From positions 1 to 64,000 of the forward strand of contig JAVECO010000005.1 of NCBI GenBank assembly GCA_051942205.1: a stretch of DNA of 64,000 bases. The letters run 5' to 3'. The notes under the pieces were generated by a model. The model saw only the letters and a list, made by a program, of their open reading frames with translations, did not search any database and was not told where the DNA came from. The translations under genes were made by a program, and so were the position numbers. Shown here one piece after another: positions 9,594 through 20,369 of this stretch. The stretch comes from Coniocarpon cinnabarinum (taxonomy: Eukaryota). Positions within the stretch are counted from its first letter, which is position 1. Every line of letters begins with the position of its first letter.

Positions 9594-12186
9594 AGGTCGT
9601 TCCTGAGAAGCATGCAAAAGGCATCCCAGAAAGCCGAGACACTGCAAGAAGCTACATGCGGTTGTTCCAAGAACAGGTCGAGACCAGTCGGAGAATGTAT
9701 CAGTCATAGCTAGTCCTTTGCACTCAGTGACTAAATGCATTTGATTTTCATGAGTTTGTCGTCCACTAGTTTCGCCGACGCATGTGCGCCTAACGATGAA
9801 GATGTGGATACTTGTAACAAAGAAGCGAGTCAAATCATCCGCTTGAAAACATTCATATGCCGTACCTTGGCACATTATTGATCACTCCGATCAGCAGCAT
9901 TGTGTACCGAGCATTGCGTTTCTGTTCAAGTTTTCAACAGCCCAGAAATTGAGCGCAACTTTATAGCAACATTCTTAGATCAACAAGGCGATACTCTATT
10001 GACTGTGTTCAAGGTGACGTTTGGAGAATCAAAATTGCCTTCGGTCCCACTGACGTTTTTTCGCGGCTGCCCCAGTCCAAGCATCGAGAAGCCTGCACAA
10101 AGATTGAACTACTTTCCTCAATTCTGCCGTTGCTCTCACTGTCGTTCTGTTGGTTGTTGCCAATGCAAGTCTGTGATGTTCAGCCGGTTCGCAATTCAGG
10201 CTTATTAAGACGGGCGAAATTTAGCCCCAGGGTCTTTTTAGAAACGCAGCAAATATCTTACTGCAGTAAGCAGTTTTGCAAGTCGTTGACATTGACTATG
10301 CTATTGACTTGAAGCTTCAAATGTCTGCAGGAATCAGTGCATCATAGCCAGCTTGACTTGTGTTTGTGAAATGGACCTTTAGTCATGACGAGCACAGCGT
10401 TGTTCCACAGAGCTCAGGCAGGTGTTTCCTGCCCAACAACAAAGACGCCTCCTGCGAAGGCAAAGACGATGTATCCTCAGCAAAAGAACACCTTGCCATG
10501 TCCCAGGGCGTTTCATGTAGGCAGGTTGCCAGATACAAAACCGAAGCTCTGCACAATCGTCTAGTGGTGCGTTCCGCCGTATACTCTGATCGAAAGTCCC
10601 TGTCAATCTTGGGTGCCTGAACGGATGAGTGTTCGGGGATTCGCTAAATGGCCGTGCACCTTTTAAGAGGTACCCAGAAAAGCTTCACCGACAGAAGGCG
10701 TTCCGGGGACTGTGACCCCTTGTTTATCTTCCCTCAGCCCTATCATGCAGATAGAATCTTTGACAAAGCAAGTTCCCTCATCCATAGGCAGTGCCTGGGC
10801 CGTCCGACTAAACCTGAAAGAGATGGCATTGAGATATTTTCCAATTCCCCAAGCCTCTGCATGGTCCTCTTGGAACTTCACACCAGAGGCATTAACGGAC
10901 AAAGTCGAAGCTCCTGCTCTTCTGGTTGATCCGAATCCGAAGACAACGCAACAGGCATTGCAATCCGGCTTAAAGGGTCATATCAGGCAATCATTGAGAT
11001 CAACACTGGAAGTTCAGTGCGCTCCGGGCGAGTATCTACAATCTGACATTACTGGGTAATGGTTTGCGTTTCGGCGAGTTGCACATGCAGTAAGCAGATC
11101 AATACCCATGCTATGGCAGAAAGGATATGGGAACACATTGCTGATCCTCATGAAGGTCATTCACAATCCTTGAACCCAGACATCAACTTATCGCAACAAG
11201 CCGAATGACTGCAGATGCCGTCGCTGGTCGAGTATTGATGTATCTTCGCAAATACCGAAAGACAAGCCTGTTGCGTGCCGCTGGAAATGGCTCAAGGTGC
11301 CTGCAATCCGTGATATAACCGACGACAAGGTGCTCGGGCTTTGCCCCTGTGAGTGGACTTTACGGTCATGATGTGGTCTGCACCCTTGGCCTGGTTGAAA
11401 TTACTCTTCCGAGGCTCCTCATGAACATGCTGCTGCTTGCGTATTCTGCGCAACACGTCTGTGCTCAAGCTGGAGCTACAGCAAGACATGTCTAAAAAGG
11501 CGCAACCATTACAGGTTTCAGAATGAACAGGCTGCTTCGTCGTGAGTCAAGAGGCAGTGAGATCCATACCGCCCGGCTAAACGTCGCCAATCTGGAGGTT
11601 CGTAAAGGGTATGGGCGCCGGTGAAGCTGCAAGGGAACAACGGAGATGCCGAAGCAGATGCATGTTTACGTCGATGGAGATGCTGGGCGTTGGCCCGAAA
11701 CGTCCAAGATAGCTATGAATGCGTCGATCGGTGGAGCATTGTCAGGGCTGTTGCGAACTTGGCCCCTGTTGCCATCGCGTGCATCCCGTCGCCTTGCCAT
11801 TGTGACGCGCCTGCAGTCTCCAGACTGACATGCAGTGTGGACTTGAGATTGTTGCATCGGCATGGAGATAGAGATAGCTCCGTACCCCGCAAGTGAGCGG
11901 CACTGGCAGCCCTGAAGGGGTTGGTAGGTAGTGTTAGACACAAGTTGAGGTCACCTCTTCGCCCCGACAATTGGAGGTCTCGCACAATCCCCGTACCATG
12001 GTCCATCACGGCGACGAGGGCACGCCAAGGGAGAAAGAAAGTGGCACGGATTGATGCAACGGGAGGTGAGATGGGCAGTGTGGGCCATGATCGCTTACGG
12101 GACGTGGTGATTGGCTGAGGTCCGACGGGGGCCGTGAGCACTGGCACACTGGGAACGAGGATATTGCGTAACCGAGGGATCGGATC

Positions 12187-12250
12187 CACACTGACCACAC
12201 TGACCACACTGAGTGACTGACCGCAACACCTGCACTCCACTCCACTCCAC
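12187..12250. repeat. Short tandem repeats (CACACTGAC)x3 and (CACTC)x3 upstream of the 12684 gene
   Basis: Directly visible in the sequence. Confidence 0.7.
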
Positions 12251-12683
12251 GCCTCTCCCACCTCTTTCCTCCCCTCCCCTCCCAGCGCCGTGGTCCCGCT
12301 GGCGACGGCATTCCATCCCCCCTTTGGTCACGATCCCTTGTGCAACAACGCGCCGCTGCATACCTCCCTCATCCCCCGGCCCCCGGATCATGTACCGCCA
12401 TCCTGGCAGATGTTGCATGCAGCACTGCAGCAATGCAGCCTTCCGAAACCCGCCGCCCCCACCCTCTCTCAGATATCCAGATGAACACGTTGGCACGCCC
12501 CCATCAGATCTCTCAAGAGAACACCTGTGCCTGACATTCCCCCCTACCTGGCCCTCCAGCGGGCGTACGTCGCTACTTCACCTCACCTCCCCAACTCCAT
12601 GTCGAACTCTTCTCTTGCCCTCACTCCATCTTCACGCGCCATTCTGAAGACGTCTTCGCCAAAATCGACGCTCAGCCATCGTC

Positions 12684-13517
12684 ATGTCTACGACAGGTCA
12701 GGACATCTGTCGTCAGCTGTACGAGGCCATTCCGGCTTGGCTCTCAACACTTAGCCTCTTCACCGAAGACCCCACGCGCCGCCGCAAGAGCTCCATCGTC
12801 GATCAGCTCGCGACCCCGGAGTTGAGCACGCACGTGAGCACCACCGTAGGGAGCACGTCCGAGTCCGCCACTGCAGGCAGCGTACCCGGAGTCAGTCGCC
12901 GCGCAGAGGGTCCAGGCCAGAACGCCACTCAAGTTGCTGATCATTGGCTGTCCCTTCAGCAAGTTGAGGTCTCCCGAAGTCGCGGCAGTTCGACGTCGTC
13001 GAAAGTCAAAGTGACGATCTTCTATGACTCTTCTGGTCAGGAGAAGCTCGCCGACACCGTCAAGGGCATCGACCGGTTGATCTATCATATCAAGAAGAGC
13101 GGACTGAGGAAGGCTCTTGAGGGCGTGTCGCGAAGTCTGATGAAGGCGTCAAGTACTTGCGAAGATGCTGCCTTCCAGCTGCTCAAGTCTGGCGGTTGTC
13201 GGAGAGAGGCACAGCACGCATCGACCATCTTGCAGCATCTCTACGACATTGCTCGACGGGAAGTCATGGAGGATCGGTTAGTCGAGCGGTTGAGTCGACG
13301 TGACTCTGCGATCGTGCAAGACAACAACAGCCATTGCAACAGTGATATTTCTGCGCCTATCAAACCCTCTATCAAACCTCCTGACGCCTCCATCAAGCGG
13401 CAGAGCGTTCCATTAATGCCGCAGCTCATGGTCGATGAGATGGACATTGAAAACGACGACGAGCAGTTGGAGGTGTCCCTGCCAAATTTGAGGCTTACCT
13501 CCCGCATGGCGAGATGA
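12684..13517 (+). CDS. Conserved fungal hypothetical protein
   Basis: 277-aa ORF. IFYDSSGQEKL and LMKASSTCEDAAFQLLKSGGC resemble a recurring Pezizomycotina hypothetical family. Confidence 0.7.
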   Translation: MSTTGQDICRQLYEAIPAWLSTLSLFTEDPTRRRKSSIVDQLATPELSTHVSTTVGSTSESATAGSVPGVSRRAEGPGQNATQVADHWLSLQQVEVSRSRGSSTSSKVKVTIFYDSSGQEKLADTVKGIDRLIYHIKKSGLRKALEGVSRSLMKASSTCEDAAFQLLKSGGCRREAQHASTILQHLYDIARREVMEDRLVERLSRRDSAIVQDNNSHCNSDISAPIKPSIKPPDASIKRQSVPLMPQLMVDEMDIENDDEQLEVSLPNLRLTSRMAR

Positions 13518-13897
13518 TGTGCATGAGCTTTGCGTACTTCATGGATACCCCAGCGCATGGGCATGAGCGTGGTTATCAGGGGAGATGTCAAGGCACCTGG
13601 CTGAGACCTGGGCACACGCCATCACAGGCATGGTAGGACACGTATATTCGCTTCCGCGAGCGCATCCTGCGGCGATTGACGAGATGGATCGAGAATTCAG
13701 ATGGAGATTGGAGGTGGAGGCGCTGCCTCGTGCCTGCCTCGCCAGACAGACCGCCACTCAAGCTCTTCACCGTCTCTTTCGCTGCCTGTCAGCCTGACAA
13801 ACTGCTCACATCTTGAGAGTCATTCTGACATTCCCCTCTTGCCCGTTCGTCATATGAACGAGCCTCTTTGCGAATATACGCTCTCCCTCAACATTCA

Positions 13898-15160
13898 ATG
13901 GCTCCAGGCACAGCACGCAAGCGACCAGTCTCACAGGAGTTCGCCGAAGACTCTCCGGCTCCGCAACGTCGCAGCCAGCGCACCAGTCACAACGCGGACA
14001 AGCGCGTGGCTTACTCGAACAATTACCACCCCTTAGACGCCCACACATATCCCAACCGGGCACGGAAGAAGCGCCACAACCTTGGCAAGTTCTCGCAGCT
14101 GCAAGACCAGCTCGACGATGACGACGAGGAGCCGATGCTTTCCATCGAACCTAGTCCGCTACTGCAGAAGCAGCAGCGTACCAGCTTGCAATCAAAACCA
14201 CAGCCTACATCCAAGGGTGGTCCTGCTGCTCTGGATGCAGACGGTTTCAAAGTGCCCCCACTACGAAAGGCAGTCAAGGCAGACCGTGATCATTCTGGAA
14301 TGGTTCAATTGCGTACTATGACAACGAAGAGCATGACAATAGAGGAATATTCCGTACAATACGTTCACGCATGGGAGGCACTCGCCAAGAATGAGACCTC
14401 AGAAGCAAAGGTTCAGCGCATGGCTCCACTGTATATTGCAAAATGGGAATCATTTGCCCTTCCCAATACACAGCAGCAGCCTATACATGTATCTGATACC
14501 TCAGAGAGCGAGGATGAGGCACGTGATGTTGTTCACGCAGATCAGCAAGGGAAGCACGATAAAGATGATGTGAACGACGACGTGTGCGACGAGGAAGAGC
14601 ATGACCACTCAGAGGATGGCTTAGAGCCCGACAAAGTCCTGGGTTCAAACGCGGAAGACAACTCATCTTCCAGCGAAAGCGTTTCGGCGGATGAAGAAGA
14701 TATCGAAGACGGAGGCGTCGGGCTGTCATCGCCTCACTCTCCGTCAAGCTCCCGCCTTTTTAATGATGGCCGCGAAAATGCAAAAAGTCGGCCAGCCAGC
14801 CTTCACGACATGCACAGCAGCCAGCAACATCAAGAAGATCCCGCAAGCAGCCACGACGCCGCCATCGAATACGGTCCCATCGCCACCAACTCCCAAACAC
14901 CCTACAGCACCGTCACGCCCGCACAATTTGCCGCCTTCTCCAACCCTGCCACCGTCGACCCCAAAGATTTAAGCCTCGACAAACCGCAAGACGCACTCAA
15001 CGACATCAGCAATTTCGACTTTCTTGCCGGCTCAGCCAGCAGCACTAGCACCCTGGGCGCATCGAAACGACAATCCAACTCAACGTCGTCTGCAGAGGTG
15101 AACGGTTCGGGCCGTGGCACCGTTGCAGGGCGGAAGTGGGGAGCTGTCAGTCGGAGGTGA
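13898..15160 (+). CDS. Hypothetical low-complexity acidic/Ser-rich protein, probably nuclear
   Basis: Long open frame with its first ATG at 13898 (MAPGTARKRP), basic clusters and D/E-rich tracts. Confidence 0.65.
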   Translation: MAPGTARKRPVSQEFAEDSPAPQRRSQRTSHNADKRVAYSNNYHPLDAHTYPNRARKKRHNLGKFSQLQDQLDDDDEEPMLSIEPSPLLQKQQRTSLQSKPQPTSKGGPAALDADGFKVPPLRKAVKADRDHSGMVQLRTMTTKSMTIEEYSVQYVHAWEALAKNETSEAKVQRMAPLYIAKWESFALPNTQQQPIHVSDTSESEDEARDVVHADQQGKHDKDDVNDDVCDEEEHDHSEDGLEPDKVLGSNAEDNSSSSESVSADEEDIEDGGVGLSSPHSPSSSRLFNDGRENAKSRPASLHDMHSSQQHQEDPASSHDAAIEYGPIATNSQTPYSTVTPAQFAAFSNPATVDPKDLSLDKPQDALNDISNFDFLAGSASSTSTLGASKRQSNSTSSAEVNGSGRGTVAGRKWGAVSRR

Positions 15161-15537
15161 CATTGTGAAACGGCCGGGTGCAACGTCGCTCGTTAGTGTG
15201 AAGAGCATGTGAAGGTGGATGGAGCTAGATGGTGGATGACAGCTTGTGTAGTACGAGATTTGCTGGCGGACGGCGATCGTGGCGTGACGTGGTATATGAT
15301 CTCTGTGACATGTTAGGTGCGTTTTCTCGATGGGGAGCTGCATATGTAGCATTGATAGCGTGGAGATCTTGTGCGACGAGAGATGGACGCCATGTTTCAC
15401 ATGGATGGAATCGATCGTGCAGCTTGCACCCTTGCAACACTTTTGACACCTCACGCCACGTTACGCATTTTCGTGAACATTTCGAACTTGACCGTTCTTC
15501 CGCTTTGAAAATTGAGCTTCTGTGTGTGAGGTTATCG

Positions 15538-16726
15538 TCAGGACTCCACGATGGGCACTTCGCCCCTCTTCAACGGCCCAAAGACAACCTTCCAGAGCTC
15601 ACTCTCCATCCCCAGTCCATACGTTAAACTGGCCCTCTCCATCCCTGTGTCTGCATCTCCCTCCATAATCTGCAACCGATCAATCACATCTTCGAACCCC
15701 AGCGCCTTCCCCACTGCTTGCGTCCCGCCAGCTTCTAGCATTACATGCACGACGTGAACATGTAAATGGTAGTACGTGGGCTGGTAGTGCATGTAGAGTT
15801 TCAGTTCGTCTTTTTGGATACTGGGGTACAGTTTCGTCGTGGAGTCGAGGACTTTAGCCCGGATTGTTCGAAGCCAGGGAATGTGGCGTTTCTTTAAGTC
15901 GCGAACGGACCAGATGTCGCGTCTGTTTACTAAAACAAGGAGATGGAGCGAGGAGAGCGTGTGGCGATCCCAATTGAGGTCAGGCATCAGGAGGAATCCC
16001 TCATCCTCTCCGCTCCCCGCGTGTGGACGTGAGGTCTCGGGCTGAGACGGCGATCGCAACATCACGTCTTCTTGTTCCGTCTTGCCGTCGAGAATATTAA
16101 ACACCCAGTTTAAGCGTCCGGCTTCGCGCTGCGCCGCCATGTACGGCTTGATGTACCGAGCGTAGATTTCGGGTGTTTCGGTGACGGTGCGGAAGGATTG
16201 GGTGGCGTATTTGGCTATGTGTTTGGGTGTGCAGGGGTAGATGAGGTCGAGTTTGAGGTCGTGCGGCCAGTCTGCTTGTTTACTTCTATTTGTCTCGTCC
16301 TCCGTTGCTCGCTCCGGAACGGCGTCATCGCTGTGTAACTGTCCCACATCGTGCGCATTTTGGGTTTTGGGATGGGAAGGTGCGGAAGACCAGCCGAGAT
16401 ACCACGCGTAGATGTCATTCCCACTGAGGTTCTGCACACGCGACAGCGATCGAGTGAATGATCGCAAGAAGTCATCAGATGTGGAGAAGGCGGCGCGCTG
16501 GATGAGGAGAATAGCAGGGTGTGAGTCAATGTGGCCGAGGAGGATGAGACGGCGACCGGCTTGATCTGGCTGGGGCGTTAGGTTAGACCGAGAGACATAT
16601 CAGAGCATCGTTAGAGAGCTGATCGTGTGTACCTTGGTTCAAGAGTTTTTCATATTGGAAGGAGGATAGGAGCTCTTCGGTTTTCTGCTTGTCATCTGGA
16701 TCGATGGGACGTGCGGGGGTCGCCAT
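15538..16726 (-). CDS. DCS1: m7GpppX diphosphatase (scavenger decapping enzyme DcpS), 2 exons
   Basis: HIT-like YQPTYYHLHVHVV, LNWVFNILDGKTEQE and PDLNWDR. Exon 1 MATPAR...LLNQ splices to DQAGRRLILLG across an intron at about 16566-16632. Confidence 0.93.
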
Positions 16727-16906
16727 TGTATGCAGATGGAGTTGTTTATCTGTGCGAGGCTCAAGATCGTAAATCAACTGAGCTTGATGGCGAAGATGAA
16801 TGTCTATTTAGAGTTTTGTTTCATGTCTTTTAATAATTAAGCTTACAAATTGAGCATAACTTTCTCAAATTAATACTGTAAGCATGTGAATGCCAAGGGT
16901 ACCTAT

Positions 16907-17261
16907 CCCCTCCACTGCCCGGCACCCGCCACTAACCTTTCTTAGTATAGTGCACATGGCACTGCCAGATCCCCAAGATCGCCCTCTTCCCCAAATAACG
17001 TTAACAATAACGAGCGTTTAAAGTATAAAAGCTTAACGTAGAATTGTGTGTATTATAACATTTGTACTCGCTACTTTTGCTTGTATTTATAAGAGCACTT
17101 AAGCGTAGTTACAAACTTGCATCTTAATGTAGTTGAATTAAGGGAAAGGGTTGCGATGCAATGATGCTTAGCAGCTAGCATAAACATTGCCTTGTGGGGG
17201 AATTATTGGACATCTGAGCTTACCAAGAAAGGTTAGTGGCGGGTGCCGGGCAGTGGAGGGG
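16907..17261. mobile_element. MITE / non-autonomous DNA transposon (355 bp) with 41-bp terminal inverted repeats
   Basis: 16907-16947 (CCCCTCCACTGCCCGGCACCCGCCACTAACCTTTCTTAGTA) is the reverse complement of 17221-17261 with one mismatch. Both ends are flanked by AT, and the interior is TpA-rich and non-coding. Confidence 0.85.
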
Positions 17262-17395
17262 ATGGACCATGCCTGTTCCTATCAACCTGTTGTGGGCAGG
17301 GTTCACTTCCGAAATTAGTGTAAGTCTCCAAAGCTCTCGTCTGAACAGTACATTGCATTTGGGTACAAGCAACGGCGTACATAGTTTCAAGAGCA

Positions 17396-18147
17396 ATGGC
17401 AACTGTAGCAGAGAGTCCGTCAAACAGTCGTCCGCCCACGCCACCTCCCAAAGATGTCCCACCTCCCCCACCGCCAAAACCGCAATGGCTCCTGTGGGCC
17501 CTAGGATCTGGGGCTTTCGCTGCGACCAATGGTGTTTTTGCGAAGCTGTACGCCTATAACATCCCCGAGATGTCACCCTGATTTATGTGCATCTGCTTGT
17601 TATAGTACTAGGCTGACGTGTACTTAGAACAACCGCAGATACGACCCACAACCTCTCCCATCGCTTCTTCGCCGATTCCCCAATCTTCGAACTTGCACTG
17701 CGCGCTCTTTTCTTCGGTCTCAACCTCCTGTCCAACGCCATCATGTGGATTCTCTTCACCCGAGCGCTGACTGCTGCCTCGTCTACAACACGAGTATCAG
17801 TGCTTAATACCAGCGCCAACTTCCTCGTGACCGCCGTGTATGGGTTACTAGTGTTCGGTGAGGGGTTCAATTGGGAATGGGGAGTCGGCGCTATGTTACT
17901 CGTGGGGGGATGTGTTGTGATTGGGCGACGAGAAGGTGGAGAAACAGCTGAGAGCAAGGGGAGTAACGTCGGACCGGTCGATGGGGAAGGAGCAATTCGA
18001 TTGAGTGGGGAAGAAAGGAGGGGCGATGCTCGAGGCAGAGAAAGTGATGAGTATAATGACAGACAGGAAGGGTTGGTGGAGGTAGATGCGGATGAGGAAA
18101 GAGAAGAAAGGAGGAAAGAACGGGAGATCTGGGATAGAACAGACTGA
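17396..18147 (+). CDS. TMEM42-like membrane protein (DMT/EamA-like fold), 2 exons
   Basis: WALGSGAFAATNGVFAKL, intron ~17548-17627, then ...NAIMWILFTRALTAASSTTRVSVLNTSANFLVTA...FGE. Confidence 0.85.
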
Positions 18148-18451
18148 GTTGTCTTGTAATGCTATTGGGATATCATGATTCAACGCAAATCCAGCATTTT
18201 GCAAGCGTAGGTCTTCTGCCTCCAGTGGCCTCTTTCCCCGGCGCACTCATTTCTCTCCTTTTTGCTCCCCTCAACTAGTGACTTGCGTCCTCGTGTGACT
18301 CATTATGTCGTGAATCGTTATTTGAGCAGCACTGTTCTGAGCAGCCAAATCGCAAAGTGCGAACCCGAAGCCTGCAATTTTGTTGCGAATGATGCTACCG
18401 TGGCTCATTTTCGTGGTGGAATGAGTGGTCTGACACAGGTGCTTTACCACC

Positions 18452-18856
18452 TCATGTCCCTTCCGCCTTCTTGTTCGTGCAGCTTACAATCTTAACCTTA
18501 TCGCTCCTCAACGTACTTTGACTGTCCAACTTGAAGCTCACGTCTTTCACCATGAACGTCCAAACATCGTCACAAAATCGATATGTGTCAAGGTGGCCCT
18601 TGAAGGAGAGGCGCGATTTCACTTTATCGGCAATGATTTCCGCGAATGCCTTGTCAAAGTTGCCCAGAATCTTCATAGCAAGTTGTGGTTCAATTTGGTT
18701 GGAAGAGATGAGATCATCGAGCGTGTCTGTGAGCGCAACACCAAGACTGTAGATCTTGTCAGAAGGCGAGGAACTATTAGTGGAACAAAGAAGTGCAAAA
18801 TAGACAGACCTAGAGGTGCGGTAGAGCTCGTAAGCCTGGACCGCTGGTGCGCTCAT
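18452..18856 (-). CDS. TOA2: Transcription initiation factor IIA gamma (small) subunit, 2 exons
   Basis: YELYRTS, then [14 protein letters not shown]...[13 protein letters not shown]...[15 protein letters not shown]; 63-bp intron at 18747-18809. Confidence 0.95.
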   Translation of the reverse strand: MSAPAVQAYELYRTSRSVYFALLCSTNSSSPSDKIYSLGVALTDTLDDLISSNQIEPQLAMKILGNFDKAFAEIIADKVKSRLSFKGHLDTYRFCDDVWTFMVKDVSFKLDSQSTLRSDKVKIVSCTNKKAEGT

Positions 18857-19115
18857 GTTCGCTGGTGATAGACAATCGCTCGGCGACCTGGACGCTGCTT
18901 CGTGCTTGAGCTCGGCGGAATTCCAAAGCAAGCGGTCACAGGTGAGGAGAATAGAAACGCTGGAAAGGCCAAAGCGGAGGATATAGGTATACGGCGCACG
19001 CCAAGCCACGGGCCATCAGCCCTACCGTCAAGTCTTGGCAGATTCATGTGTCCATACCGAACTCCAGATCGGCATGCTGAAGACTTCTTAAGATTCCATC
19101 GTACAGCACGTCAAG

Positions 19116-19960
19116 ATGCCGCCGCTGAGTATATGGCTCGGTGGAGGTGTGACTTTCTTCTCCATCGTCGGACTATGTATGAAAGTACTCAAGCACTTGG
19201 CTCTGCGCATTCACTGACCCGTCGACAGATCTACTGTTCAACAACGAGGGAGAAGCATTCAACGTTCGTAACTACTGCGGTAGCAGGGCACAGCATAATC
19301 ATCTCTGACTATAGCTCCCAGGTCGGCCAATTCATCGAGACTGTCTCACCTTACGCTTGGGCTAGCTTAGGCGTTGGCCTCTGCATCGGCCTTTCAGTCG
19401 TCGGAGCGGCATGGTATGCCCAGATATACATCTTCCTTCTACTCGCGCCTCGACAATAATACTGACAAGCTGCAAATTTCAGGGGCATATTCATCACCGG
19501 CTCTTCCATTCTCGGCGGGGGCGTTCGCGCACCACGCATTCGAACGAAGAACCTCATCTCGATCATCTTCTGTGAGGTCGTTGCTATCTACGGCGTCATC
19601 ATGTCCATTGTCTTCTCCGCCAAAATGAAAGATGTTTCTCCTGAGAGTGTATACAGCGGTGCGAACATGTACACAGGGTTTGCACTCTTCTGGGCCGGTC
19701 TCACCGTCGGACTGTGCAACTTGATATGTGGTGTTAGTGTTGGCATCAACGGAAGCAGTGCGGCGTTGGCGGATGCGGCAGACCCGACATTGTGAGCATG
19801 CTTGGTCATATCCTCATATGGAGAGAAACTAACTTGGCGCAGATTCGTTAAGATTCTTGTCATTGAGATCTTCAGCTCGGTGCTGGGACTGTTTGGCTTG
19901 ATTATTGGGCTCTTGATGTCAGGTAAGGCCACCGATTTCGCAGACGTGGTCGCATCCTGA
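19116..19960 (+). CDS. VMA16: V-ATPase V0 proteolipid subunit c'' (multi-exon)
   Basis: [74 protein letters not shown] and [22 protein letters not shown]; four GT-AG introns. Confidence 0.93.
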
Positions 19961-20369
19961 TGCAGCCAATGACCCGGGAATAGCCAAAGATATTGCACGC
20001 ATAAGCATGGGCGCAGGGCGTTAGGGAGCATCTTGAGGGAGGCCCACGACACATTACATCCGCATGTGGCTATCTGTACATCTACCGCAATTAACTAGAG
20101 AAAACAAGAATCTCGCAGCGACGTACTGGCTGAATTCTTTCACGGGGATCCGACTTTTATTCGCGGCTGATCGCGTAGATGTCTGGCATGGGTCTTTGGC
20201 AACGCGTGCTCTGGTGTCCCTATAGATGACATCACGTGCATTGAACTTCACCTATCACCCTTGCCTACGCGAACCCATCTTAATACTACGTAGATTGGTG
20301 ACTTGCAGACCTGTGCGCCCTTTGAGCAATCTCACATTCAATAATTGCAACTTGTAATGATCTCAAGAA

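Noticed and set aside
11600..12650. Many overlapping 60-180 aa ORFs
   Set aside because: GC-rich, simple-repeat-containing upstream DNA gives spurious ORFs in all frames; no motif recognised.
16841..16883. Short imperfect inverted repeat GCTTACA...TGTAAGC beside the MITE
   Set aside because: Too short and AT-rich to distinguish from chance.
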